This document shows, in pieces, positions 1-6,649 of a stretch of DNA of 14,271 nt. Under the pieces are notes generated by a model. It was not told the DNA's origin, did not search any database, and saw only the letters and a list, made by a program, of their open reading frames with translations. Each line of letters starts with the position of its first letter. Within the stretch, counting starts at the first letter, position 1. Origin of the DNA: Thermoplasmata archaeon (lineage in GTDB: Archaea > Thermoplasmatota > Thermoplasmata > GCA-020350865); the NCBI GenBank assembly GCA_020348445.1, contig CP070751.1:1285666-1299936 (forward strand), written 5' to 3'. The position numbers were made by a program, and so were the translations under genes.

Positions 1-192
1 AAGGAGATAATGCAGATGTTTAAAGAGGAGCTAAAACCTCCTGAATCAGATAAAGAGATGAAAGCCGAATATGAAACTCTAACCAAGGAAATTGATAAGA
101 TTTTAGATGAGAAAGAAGGAAAGGAAACCAAGGAAACCGAGGAAGATGAGGAAACAGAGGAGGAAGAGGAAATAGAGGAGGAAGAAGAATAG
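1..192 (+). CDS. 3' end of a (probably truncated) hypothetical protein with a charged helical/coiled-coil segment and a poly-Glu C-terminal tail
   Basis: Frame 1 is open from base 1 (AAG GAG ATA ATG...) to TAG at 190-192. It translates to ...EMKAEYETLTKEIDKILDEKEGKETKETEEDEETEEEEEIEEEEE*. AAGGAG at 1-6 could instead be an RBS for ATG10, so a 60-aa protein cannot be excluded. Confidence 0.6.
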   Translation, partial: KEIMQMFKEELKPPESDKEMKAEYETLTKEIDKILDEKEGKETKETEEDEETEEEEEIEEEEE

Positions 193-221
193 AATTGAAA
201 AATAACCAACTTTAGAGCAGA

Positions 222-671
222 TCATTTTTTAAAAACAACACAGCTGTTATCCAAATAGGCTTTTACCACCTCATACCGCTCTTCATCTGATTCCATGATG
301 TCCTTCCATTTCTTGCCTTCAGCCAGGATGCTCAATATGGTGTAAGAGGCAGTTCTTGAAGCTGTTATGGCGATCTCAAGCATATGCGTGCAGCCAGTGC
401 TCTTTCCCAGAATCCCGGCCATTTTCTTTGCCAGTCCTCTCTCTAACTTTAAACCCACTATTTTTTGAAGATTAAAAAGGGCGTTCTTGCATTCTGGATA
501 TGGGACCTTGATCATATCTGCAGAAACAGACATGATCTGTTTTGTATCCATGTCTATCTCCATTTCAAAGAACATGTTGTGATGCAGATCGAGAATTGAA
601 GATCGAACAAGTATCGAGCCAGATTCGGTGAGCTTTGCCTGTGTATTGATGTTCCTCTCCAATATCTCCAA
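222..671 (-). CDS. DUF2889-like protein (Cys/His-containing, possible metal or sulfur-binding)
   Basis: 149 aa with a TTG start 1 nt after the upstream TAA, consistent with coupling. Motifs D-x-H-H, PYPEC, GKSTGCTHMLE and C-terminal SCVVF match the pattern I recall for DUF2889 (..P.P.C.....L.G..L..G.......LG...GCTHL.E). Confidence 0.7.
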   Translation of the reverse strand: MEILERNINTQAKLTESGSILVRSSILDLHHNMFFEMEIDMDTKQIMSVSADMIKVPYPECKNALFNLQKIVGLKLERGLAKKMAGILGKSTGCTHMLEIAITASRTASYTILSILAEGKKWKDIMESDEERYEVVKAYLDNSCVVFKK

Positions 672-672
672 G

Positions 673-1803
673 TTACATCACCTTCGATTCTTTAATTTTG
701 GCAGAGATAGCATTGCCAAGTTCGCTGCACTTGGCGTCTCCACCCAGATCGTAAGTTAAGGTTTTACCCTCGGAAAGCACAGATGCCACAGCCTTCTCTA
801 TGCTTCGAGATGCCAAAATAAGTTTCTCTTGCTTTTTCTTGGCACCTAGCCATCGAAGCATCATGTGTACCGATAGGATAGCAGCTATTGGATTAACGAT
901 ATCCTTATTAGCATGTTTTGGACTTGAGCCGTGAACAGGTTCGAACATAGCATGCTCATCACCTATGTTCCCTGATGCTGCCATGCCCATTCCCCCTTGA
1001 AGTACAGCAGCCAGGTCTGTTATTATGTCCCCGAAGATATTAGGCATAACTGCAACATCGTAGCATTCAGGTTTTCTTAGGATCCATTGCGTGAAGGCAT
1101 CCACGTATGCATAGTCCCTCTCAATATCTGGGTAATTTGACGCCACCTCATCATAGACCTTACGGAACAGTAGACAGCCCTGAAGTACGTTGCTTTTATC
1201 AACACAAGTGACCTTCTTCTTACCATCTTTTGGGGTGCCATCCCTCAATTTTGAGAGCTCGAATGCGAACCTAATCACACGTTCGGCTCCTTTTCTTGTT
1301 ATTATCCTGTTATCAACTGCCATTTCCACATTCTCTGCCCTACTCACAACTCCTCTTGCAGGGGAGTAAAGCCCTTCCGTGTTCTCTCTTATCACCACAA
1401 AGTCGATATTATCGGGCTCCCAGACCTGCTTGAATTCATGTGAAATCCTGTGAAGAACATTGGGATATAGCCTAACAGGCCTGACATTTGCGTAAAGGTC
1501 CAAGCCGAACCTGAGCCCAAAGAGCATGCTGGAACCCTCGTTGGGCTTATCAAGAGGCCTTTTTTTATGGGGTCCCACTGCACCCAAAAGGATACAATCG
1601 GCCTCGTCCCTGCAGATTTCGAAAGCGTTTTCAGGCCACTCTAATCCGGTTTTTTTAAGGTAGTCCTTGCCGCATGGGATCTCTACAAATTCCAAATCAA
1701 ATCCGAAAATCTCGGAGGAGGTCAACAGTATCTTTTTCGCCTCTCTGACAACTTCGGGTCCAATGCCGTCTCCAGGCAGAACCACCACCTTGTAGGCTGT
1801 CAA
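673..1803 (-). CDS. Isocitrate/isopropylmalate (beta-decarboxylating) dehydrogenase family protein; substrate uncertain (LeuB/AksF/IDH-like)
   Basis: 376 aa. Hallmark motifs: VLPGDGIGPEV, LLGAVG, LRxxLDLYANVRP, VIRENTEGLY, VDKSNVL, YVDA, PNIFGDIITD, GGMGMAASGN, FEPVHGSSP and NPIAAILS. TTG start with GGAGGT (1814-1809) 5 nt upstream. Confidence 0.95.
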   Translation of the reverse strand: MTAYKVVVLPGDGIGPEVVREAKKILLTSSEIFGFDLEFVEIPCGKDYLKKTGLEWPENAFEICRDEADCILLGAVGPHKKRPLDKPNEGSSMLFGLRFGLDLYANVRPVRLYPNVLHRISHEFKQVWEPDNIDFVVIRENTEGLYSPARGVVSRAENVEMAVDNRIITRKGAERVIRFAFELSKLRDGTPKDGKKKVTCVDKSNVLQGCLLFRKVYDEVASNYPDIERDYAYVDAFTQWILRKPECYDVAVMPNIFGDIITDLAAVLQGGMGMAASGNIGDEHAMFEPVHGSSPKHANKDIVNPIAAILSVHMMLRWLGAKKKQEKLILASRSIEKAVASVLSEGKTLTYDLGGDAKCSELGNAISAKIKESKVM

Positions 1804-1808
1804 TTCAT

Positions 1809-1857
1809 ACCTCCCCTTAAATAATATTTTGTAATACAGTCCTGTATATAACTTTAT
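1809..1857 (-). promoter_or_regulatory. Putative archaeal promoter (BRE-like ATAAAG + TATA TTATATA at 1851-1845) and SD (GGAGGT, 1814-1809) for the dehydrogenase-DUF2889 pair
   Basis: The minus strand reads ...ATAAAG TTATATA CAGGACTGTATTACAAAATATTATTTAAGGGGAGGT ATGAA TTG. The spacing fits a TSS near 1820. Confidence 0.5.
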
Positions 1858-1876
1858 AATTTAAATGCTTTCTTTT

Positions 1877-1910
1877 AAAAAAAACAGAGGATTATTGCTT
1901 ATTATCCCTC
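1877..1910 (-). terminator. Putative terminator of the beta-propeller gene: imperfect hairpin followed by a U8 tract
   Basis: Just after the stop at 1914 the minus strand reads GAGGGAT-AATAAGCAATA-ATCCTC-TG-TTTTTTTT (A-run at 1877-1884 on the plus strand). Confidence 0.5.
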
Positions 1911-1913
1911 TTC

Positions 1914-3326
1914 CTACTCCTCTTCTTCCTCTTCAACCTCACCAGACAATTCGCCTCTCACGTATAATAACGTGCTGTCTCCGTTGCCGGGTCCCACATA
2001 GTACTGGTATGCGATATTGAATGCTCCGTCGGGGCTGATGCAGTTCTCGTGGAAATCGTGAAGGGCGTGGTAATCGGTTCCAATATAACAGGGGGTGGGA
2101 TCTGCCATAGTTATATTGATAAAAACCTCCTCCAAATCCCCTACATCCGCATTTAGGGTCATGCCACCGTAGATGTACCATTCGCTGTTCTCGCCCACTG
2201 GAAGATCGGTTGTGGAATAGAATGATACACCCACTGAACCGTTTGGGCCTGCAGATACCCAGAAGTAATCGTGAAGCCCCTGAAAGGGTGTGATATCTGA
2301 CACATTCCATGTCTGACCATAGTCCAGACTCCTTCCCATAAAAAGCCTCGAACCATTGACCTCAGATTCCTCGTAGTCCCCCCACAATACAAATACGGTG
2401 CCGTTCTCGCCTACAGCCACAACAGGCCACCTGCTTCCCTCCCCAGGAGGTCCACCAGGGCCATCTCTATGGCCGATGTAAATAGGGTCGTTCCAATTCC
2501 ACGAAGCGCCTTGGTCGTCGCTTATGTGCATCACTATATCAGCATCTGGAGCAGTTGTGGTTTCCTTGACTACATATGCATGATCGCCATAGCGCTCGGT
2601 ATCTATGTGAAGCCATCCATTTCCTGGTATGGCCTCGCCATAAGTGAAGGTCTGCGCGCCGTTTGTAGAGCGATAATAGATGTACCGGCCATCATGGCCC
2701 GGGAATGTTACGGCGTTGTTGCCAAGGTAATGTACAACACCATCCCCCTGTGCCGCGATCCAGGGTCTGTCATCCAGCTCCTCGCTAGCCTCCCTAAAGA
2801 CATTGGAGTACTGCCATTCCCCTCCATTGGCGTATACATGAATGTTGATGTCTCGAAGAGTTGTATCCACATAATAAACGTAATCCCTGGAATCAACGCC
2901 GATATCCCCCTCGTCTCCCAGGGCGTATTTCCATATGCCCACTGGTTCTGACGGGACAGACCAGGTCTCGCCGTTATCTGTACTGTAGAAGAACCATGAG
3001 GCCAGCTGAAGACCCCAGGTGTTAAGCCTGTCCTGATATCCACGGTCCACATTCTTGTGTGCCGTGTAGTAGAGGTTTCCAAAGGAATCTGCAGCTATGC
3101 TTGGCTCGTAGCCTTCCTCATTGAATGCATAAGGTTTATTCCATTTCAATACCAAGGGTGGCATTTCCACTTCTTCTGATATTCCTTTCTTTTCTTCTTT
3201 TCTTGTTAGAACGTAAATACCGATTGCGGCTAGAAGAAGAATGATTATCACTGAGATGATGAATACAGGTGAACGGAATATGCTTGACTTGGCCTCATTC
3301 ATGGTATATGAATCATCTTGCGGCAT
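1914..3326 (-). CDS. Membrane-anchored BNR/Asp-box repeat beta-propeller protein (sialidase-like fold; catalytic activity not established)
   Basis: 470 aa with an N-terminal TM helix (PVFIISVIIILLLAAIGIYVL) followed by RKEEKK. Four Asp-boxes: YSTDNGETW, YRSTNGAQTF, ISDDQGASW, RSLDYGQTW. Also a DDRPW motif and a C-terminal EVEEEEEE. The start could instead be the second Met (MNEAKSS). Confidence 0.8.
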   Translation of the reverse strand: MPQDDSYTMNEAKSSIFRSPVFIISVIIILLLAAIGIYVLTRKEEKKGISEEVEMPPLVLKWNKPYAFNEEGYEPSIAADSFGNLYYTAHKNVDRGYQDRLNTWGLQLASWFFYSTDNGETWSVPSEPVGIWKYALGDEGDIGVDSRDYVYYVDTTLRDINIHVYANGGEWQYSNVFREASEELDDRPWIAAQGDGVVHYLGNNAVTFPGHDGRYIYYRSTNGAQTFTYGEAIPGNGWLHIDTERYGDHAYVVKETTTAPDADIVMHISDDQGASWNWNDPIYIGHRDGPGGPPGEGSRWPVVAVGENGTVFVLWGDYEESEVNGSRLFMGRSLDYGQTWNVSDITPFQGLHDYFWVSAGPNGSVGVSFYSTTDLPVGENSEWYIYGGMTLNADVGDLEEVFINITMADPTPCYIGTDYHALHDFHENCISPDGAFNIAYQYYVGPGNGDSTLLYVRGELSGEVEEEEEE

Positions 3327-3387
3327 TAAATATTTTTGGATTTTTCTGGAAAATTACCTGAAAATGGAGGATTTCTGCTCAATATTC

Positions 3388-4683
3388 CTAGCTCTTTCTC
3401 AAATCCACCACACGAACTGCCTTACCCACGCTCCTCTCTATTGTTTTTGGCTCAAGGAGCTCGATTTTTGGTTTAATAACTATCACAGAGACAAGCTCGT
3501 CTAAAATTCTCTTGATCAATGCCCCTTTATCCAGGTCCTTATCAACCCAGGCCTCAGGGGAAAGTTCAACCTTGATGGTCATCCTGTCCAATTTTTTTCT
3601 ATCAACATAAATCTGGTATTGATCCCCAAGTTCTGGGGTTTTAAAAAGAACCTCCTCGATCTGACTTGGGAATACATTCACACCACCTATAATTAGCATG
3701 TCATCACTTCTTCCTGAAACACGCATTATCCTGGTGTGATATCTTCCGCATTCGCACTCCTCTTGGCTTAAAGTTGCCAAATCCCTGGTTCTGTACCTTA
3801 GCAGAGGCATGGCCTCTCTTGTGAGCATTGTGAACACAAGCTCTCCTCTTTTACCGGGCTCAAGAACCTCCCCTGTCTCAGGATCTATGGTCTCCACCAG
3901 AAATTCGTCGGTCCATATATGCAGACCGTTTTGGTGCTGGCATTCCATTGCAACCCCTGGTCCGTACAATTCGGAAAGACCGTAGCAGTCATATGCTCCC
4001 AATCCAAGGTTATCCTGTATCTTCTTTCTCGCCTCCTCGGACCAAGCTTCTGCTCCGAACAGTCCATATTTTAGATTAAAATCCTCTTTTGGTTTGTAAC
4101 CCTCATCGATTGCAGCTTCACTCAGGTAAAGTGCATAGGAAGGTGTGCAGGCAATGACTGTGGTCTTCATATCCTTCATTATTTTTAGCTGTCTTTTGGT
4201 GTTTCCAGTGCTTGTCGGTATCACTGAAACGCCAAGAAGTTCAGCCCCGTAGTGAAATCCCAGGCCCCCTGTGAAAAGGCCGTAGCCGTAGATGTTCTGC
4301 ATTATGTCTCCTTTTTTCACACCTGGGCATGCAATGGTTCTGGCCATCAATCTCGACCATGTTTCAAGGTCTTTTCTTGTATAACCAACAACAGTGGGTA
4401 TACCTGTTGTCCCCGATGATGAGTGAAACCTCACTATGTCCTCTCTTGGCACGGCCAGTATGCCGTAGGGGTAGTGGTCCCGAAGATCATTTTTCACTGT
4501 GAAGGGAACCTTGTGCATATCTTCTGAGCTTTTGATGTCGTCGGGCTCTATATTCGCTTCTTTGAACTTCTTCTTATAAAAGGGAACGTTCTCATAGGCG
4601 TAGCGCATCATCTTTTTTAGTCTCTCGTTCTGCAGTTTTGCTATGGCCTCGGGCTTCATCTTCTCTATTTCTGGTTCGAACAT
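3388..4683 (-). CDS. paaK: Phenylacetate--CoA ligase (ANL adenylate-forming superfamily)
   Basis: 431 aa from ATG4683, which has AGGAGA 7 nt upstream; the ORF track starts at 4722. PaaK motifs: HSSSGTTGIPT, YGYGLFTGGLGFHYGAE, GAEAWSE, YGLSE, RYRTRD, GRSDDMLIIGGVNVFPSQIE and C-terminal GKAVRVVDLR. The exact aryl-acetate substrate is inferred from the family. Confidence 0.9.
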   Translation of the reverse strand: MFEPEIEKMKPEAIAKLQNERLKKMMRYAYENVPFYKKKFKEANIEPDDIKSSEDMHKVPFTVKNDLRDHYPYGILAVPREDIVRFHSSSGTTGIPTVVGYTRKDLETWSRLMARTIACPGVKKGDIMQNIYGYGLFTGGLGFHYGAELLGVSVIPTSTGNTKRQLKIMKDMKTTVIACTPSYALYLSEAAIDEGYKPKEDFNLKYGLFGAEAWSEEARKKIQDNLGLGAYDCYGLSELYGPGVAMECQHQNGLHIWTDEFLVETIDPETGEVLEPGKRGELVFTMLTREAMPLLRYRTRDLATLSQEECECGRYHTRIMRVSGRSDDMLIIGGVNVFPSQIEEVLFKTPELGDQYQIYVDRKKLDRMTIKVELSPEAWVDKDLDKGALIKRILDELVSVIVIKPKIELLEPKTIERSVGKAVRVVDLRKS

Positions 4684-4690
4684 ACTGCTA

Positions 4691-4729
4691 TCTCCTGACC
4701 GTAAATCCACCCAGGAAAACATCTATAAA
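4691..4729 (-). promoter_or_regulatory. Putative TATA box (TTTATAGA, 4729-4722) and RBS (AGGAGA, 4696-4691) for paaK
   Basis: The TATA-like box overlaps the ORF-track start codon, and its spacing to the RBS and ATG4683 supports the shorter start. Confidence 0.45.
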
Positions 4730-4751
4730 CTAAATAATTTTCGGATACAAA

Positions 4752-5531
4752 TCATCCATGCACCACAACATCCTCACTACTGAAAATATCGAACTTCCTT
4801 CCCCTCAAATAACCTATTAGGCATAGATCGTACTTCCTTGCCAATGTTATGGCAGTATATAGCGGACTGTTCTTGGATATAACCACAGGAATCCTCACCC
4901 TCAGGCACTTCACCACTATATCTGAGGATATCCTGCCCGTGGTAAACAAGACTTTATCTTCGAATTCTCCCCCTTTCAAAAGATTCTTACCAATTACCTT
5001 GTCAACTGCGTTGTGTCGCCCAACGTCAAAGGAGAATTGTTCCATATCCAGATTCTTATCAAAGAGAGCTGAGAAATGCACACCACCTGTTTTTTCCATA
5101 TCACTTATCTTGGTCCTCACCTTTTTCTGAATCCCCAATATGTCCTTAGTTTTCAGTTTAAACCCGTGCTTGAATTTCCTCAACCTCTCCCCCTTTCTCT
5201 TCTGGATCTCAGGTACACTCCCGCATTCTGTCCATACTATGTTGTAGTTCTTTCTGAGAAATGATGGCTCAAAGGTCTTGAGTTTCAGTATAACATTTAT
5301 CAGATCCTTTCTCCTCTTCTCATAGTAATTAGTTATATCCTCTATGCCCTTGATAAAACCCTCAGAAAGCAAATTCCCATAGACAAACTCCTTGATTTCG
5401 GATGGTGAGATGATAACATCGTACCCCATCTCGTTTATTTCCACGTGGAGAATAGCTTCTTCGGCGATTTTAAGAGAGGTTTTGTGAAGTCTGTCTCTGT
5501 ACTCTGATATATTAACATTCTTCATTTTCAT
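4752..5531 (-). CDS. fdhD: FdhD/NarQ-family formate dehydrogenase accessory sulfurtransferase
   Basis: ~259 aa; the start is uncertain among GTG5543, ATG5531 and ATG5525. Motifs: AEE..L...IN, SP.EIKEFVYGNLLSEG, TGGVHFSAL, DVGRHNAVDKVIG, TTGRISSDIVVK and SxxSPLYTAITLARKYDLCLIGYLRG. Confidence 0.9.
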   Translation of the reverse strand: MKMKNVNISEYRDRLHKTSLKIAEEAILHVEINEMGYDVIISPSEIKEFVYGNLLSEGFIKGIEDITNYYEKRRKDLINVILKLKTFEPSFLRKNYNIVWTECGSVPEIQKRKGERLRKFKHGFKLKTKDILGIQKKVRTKISDMEKTGGVHFSALFDKNLDMEQFSFDVGRHNAVDKVIGKNLLKGGEFEDKVLFTTGRISSDIVVKCLRVRIPVVISKNSPLYTAITLARKYDLCLIGYLRGRKFDIFSSEDVVVHG

Positions 5532-5721
5532 CCACACTTTCACACATGTATCTTTTTATTCTGATTCCTTCATTGTCTTGAATTGTTTTTAGTTTTATCG
5601 GTATTGAATAGCAGCTGCAAAAAACGAGCAGGGATAACATATTAAATTTCTCTCGAGACCACATCTTTAAATAATGATAAAGTATTTATTACAGGGACGA
5701 CATTTCCATCCGAGGGTTAGC

Positions 5722-6228
5722 ATGTTACCATATCCGACATCAATTTTTGGGTACTTTATTGTGGGAATACTGGGTGCGATTACCTTTTTATTCCTCTTAC
5801 TGCTATTCGATAAGGATGTTGCTATTCTGAAGAACGATCATGTAAAAATACATTACATGGGCACCCTTTACATCCTCCTAGGAGGAGTTCTGGCAGTGGT
5901 GGTGAACCTCGCAGGTAATCCAGACTTCACAGCAAATCAACTTATTTTAGCTTTTGGAACGGGTCTAGGCTGGCCTGGCATTGCAGCGGGAATAGGTGCT
6001 GGCAGGCGGGTAGGAGAGCTCAACCAAGAAAAAAAGAAGGCTCGCGGATTGAACCTGAGCCTGGAGGAAAGAACCGATCGGATGGTGGAAGAAGCAAGAA
6101 AGGAATACAAAGATCGTCTTGAGCGGCACATTAAAAATTATGAGATATTGGTGTCGCGTGCCAATAAACAAATTGAGGAAATACATTCCTTTTACACAAA
6201 AAAGTTATCATCCATAGGAGGTGGATGA
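5722..6228 (+). CDS. Hypothetical membrane protein: three predicted TM helices plus a charged C-terminal coiled coil
   Basis: 168 aa from ATG5722 (GAGG ~6 nt upstream). The ORF-track ATG5674 directly abuts a TTTAAATA box at 5666-5673 and is less likely. Hydrophobic segments: IFGYFIVGILGAITFLFLLLLF, MGTLYILLGGVLAVVVNL, LILAFGTGLGWPGIAAGIGAG. These are followed by an E/K/R-rich helix. Confidence 0.75.
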   Translation: MLPYPTSIFGYFIVGILGAITFLFLLLLFDKDVAILKNDHVKIHYMGTLYILLGGVLAVVVNLAGNPDFTANQLILAFGTGLGWPGIAAGIGAGRRVGELNQEKKKARGLNLSLEERTDRMVEEARKEYKDRLERHIKNYEILVSRANKQIEEIHSFYTKKLSSIGGG

Positions 6229-6229
6229 G

Positions 6230-6586
6230 ATGAGAGAGATTATCGTGGACCAAATTATGAAACAACCTGTGTATTCTGTAGATGTAGAGGATACAATAGC
6301 CGATGCTATTAAAAAAATGAATGAGAAAGGCACCAAAAAGATCCTGGTGATGGAAAAGGGTAAACCAGTAGGTGTACTAGAAAAGTGGAAGATCCTTGAA
6401 TCTGACATGGGTAAAAAGGTGAAGGATGTTGAGCTCAGTAATTTCAAAGTTGTTCCCCTTGGAACAGTACTCTCAGCTTTAGAATCAGATCTATTGAATT
6501 ATCCAGCTATTTATATCTTTAGTCCAGCCAATCCTAACAAGATCCTTGGCATTATCACCGCATTCGACCTTGTCAGAGCTTATTGA
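6230..6586 (+). CDS. Stand-alone CBS-pair (Bateman module) protein
   Basis: 118 aa from ATG6230, with GGAGGTG (6217-6223) embedded in the end of the upstream gene and only 1 nt after its TGA. CBS signatures: VDQIMKQPVYSVDVEDTIADAIKKM, ILVMEKGKPVGVL and KILGIITAFDLV. Confidence 0.85.
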   Translation: MREIIVDQIMKQPVYSVDVEDTIADAIKKMNEKGTKKILVMEKGKPVGVLEKWKILESDMGKKVKDVELSNFKVVPLGTVLSALESDLLNYPAIYIFSPANPNKILGIITAFDLVRAY

Positions 6587-6613
6587 TCAACATTTAACAC
6601 ATAATCAGAATAC

Positions 6614-6628
6614 CAATAGATTTATACA
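6614..6628 (+). promoter_or_regulatory. Putative BRE/TATA (TTTATACA at 6621-6628) for the LysE-family gene, possibly producing a leaderless mRNA
   Basis: The TATA-like box begins 29 nt before GTG6650, which matches archaeal TATA-to-TSS spacing. Confidence 0.4.
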
Positions 6629-6649
6629 CAGAAGAACATTTTCATTCAG

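Noticed and set aside
673-1803. Assigning the gene symbol leuB, icd or aksF
   Set aside because: The substrate and cofactor signatures are mixed, and there are no pathway neighbours to decide between them.
2469-2951. 160-aa plus-strand ORF, and the other short ORFs inside 1914-3326
   Set aside because: Antisense or alternative-frame shadows of the Asp-box gene, with no recognisable motifs or RBS.
3241-3504. 87-aa plus-strand ORF spanning the paaK/propeller junction
   Set aside because: It overlaps two real genes on the opposite strand and has no family signal.
5611-5658. 8-bp palindromes GCAGCTGC and TCTCGAGA in the divergent intergenic region
   Set aside because: Too short and not extendable; no support as operators.
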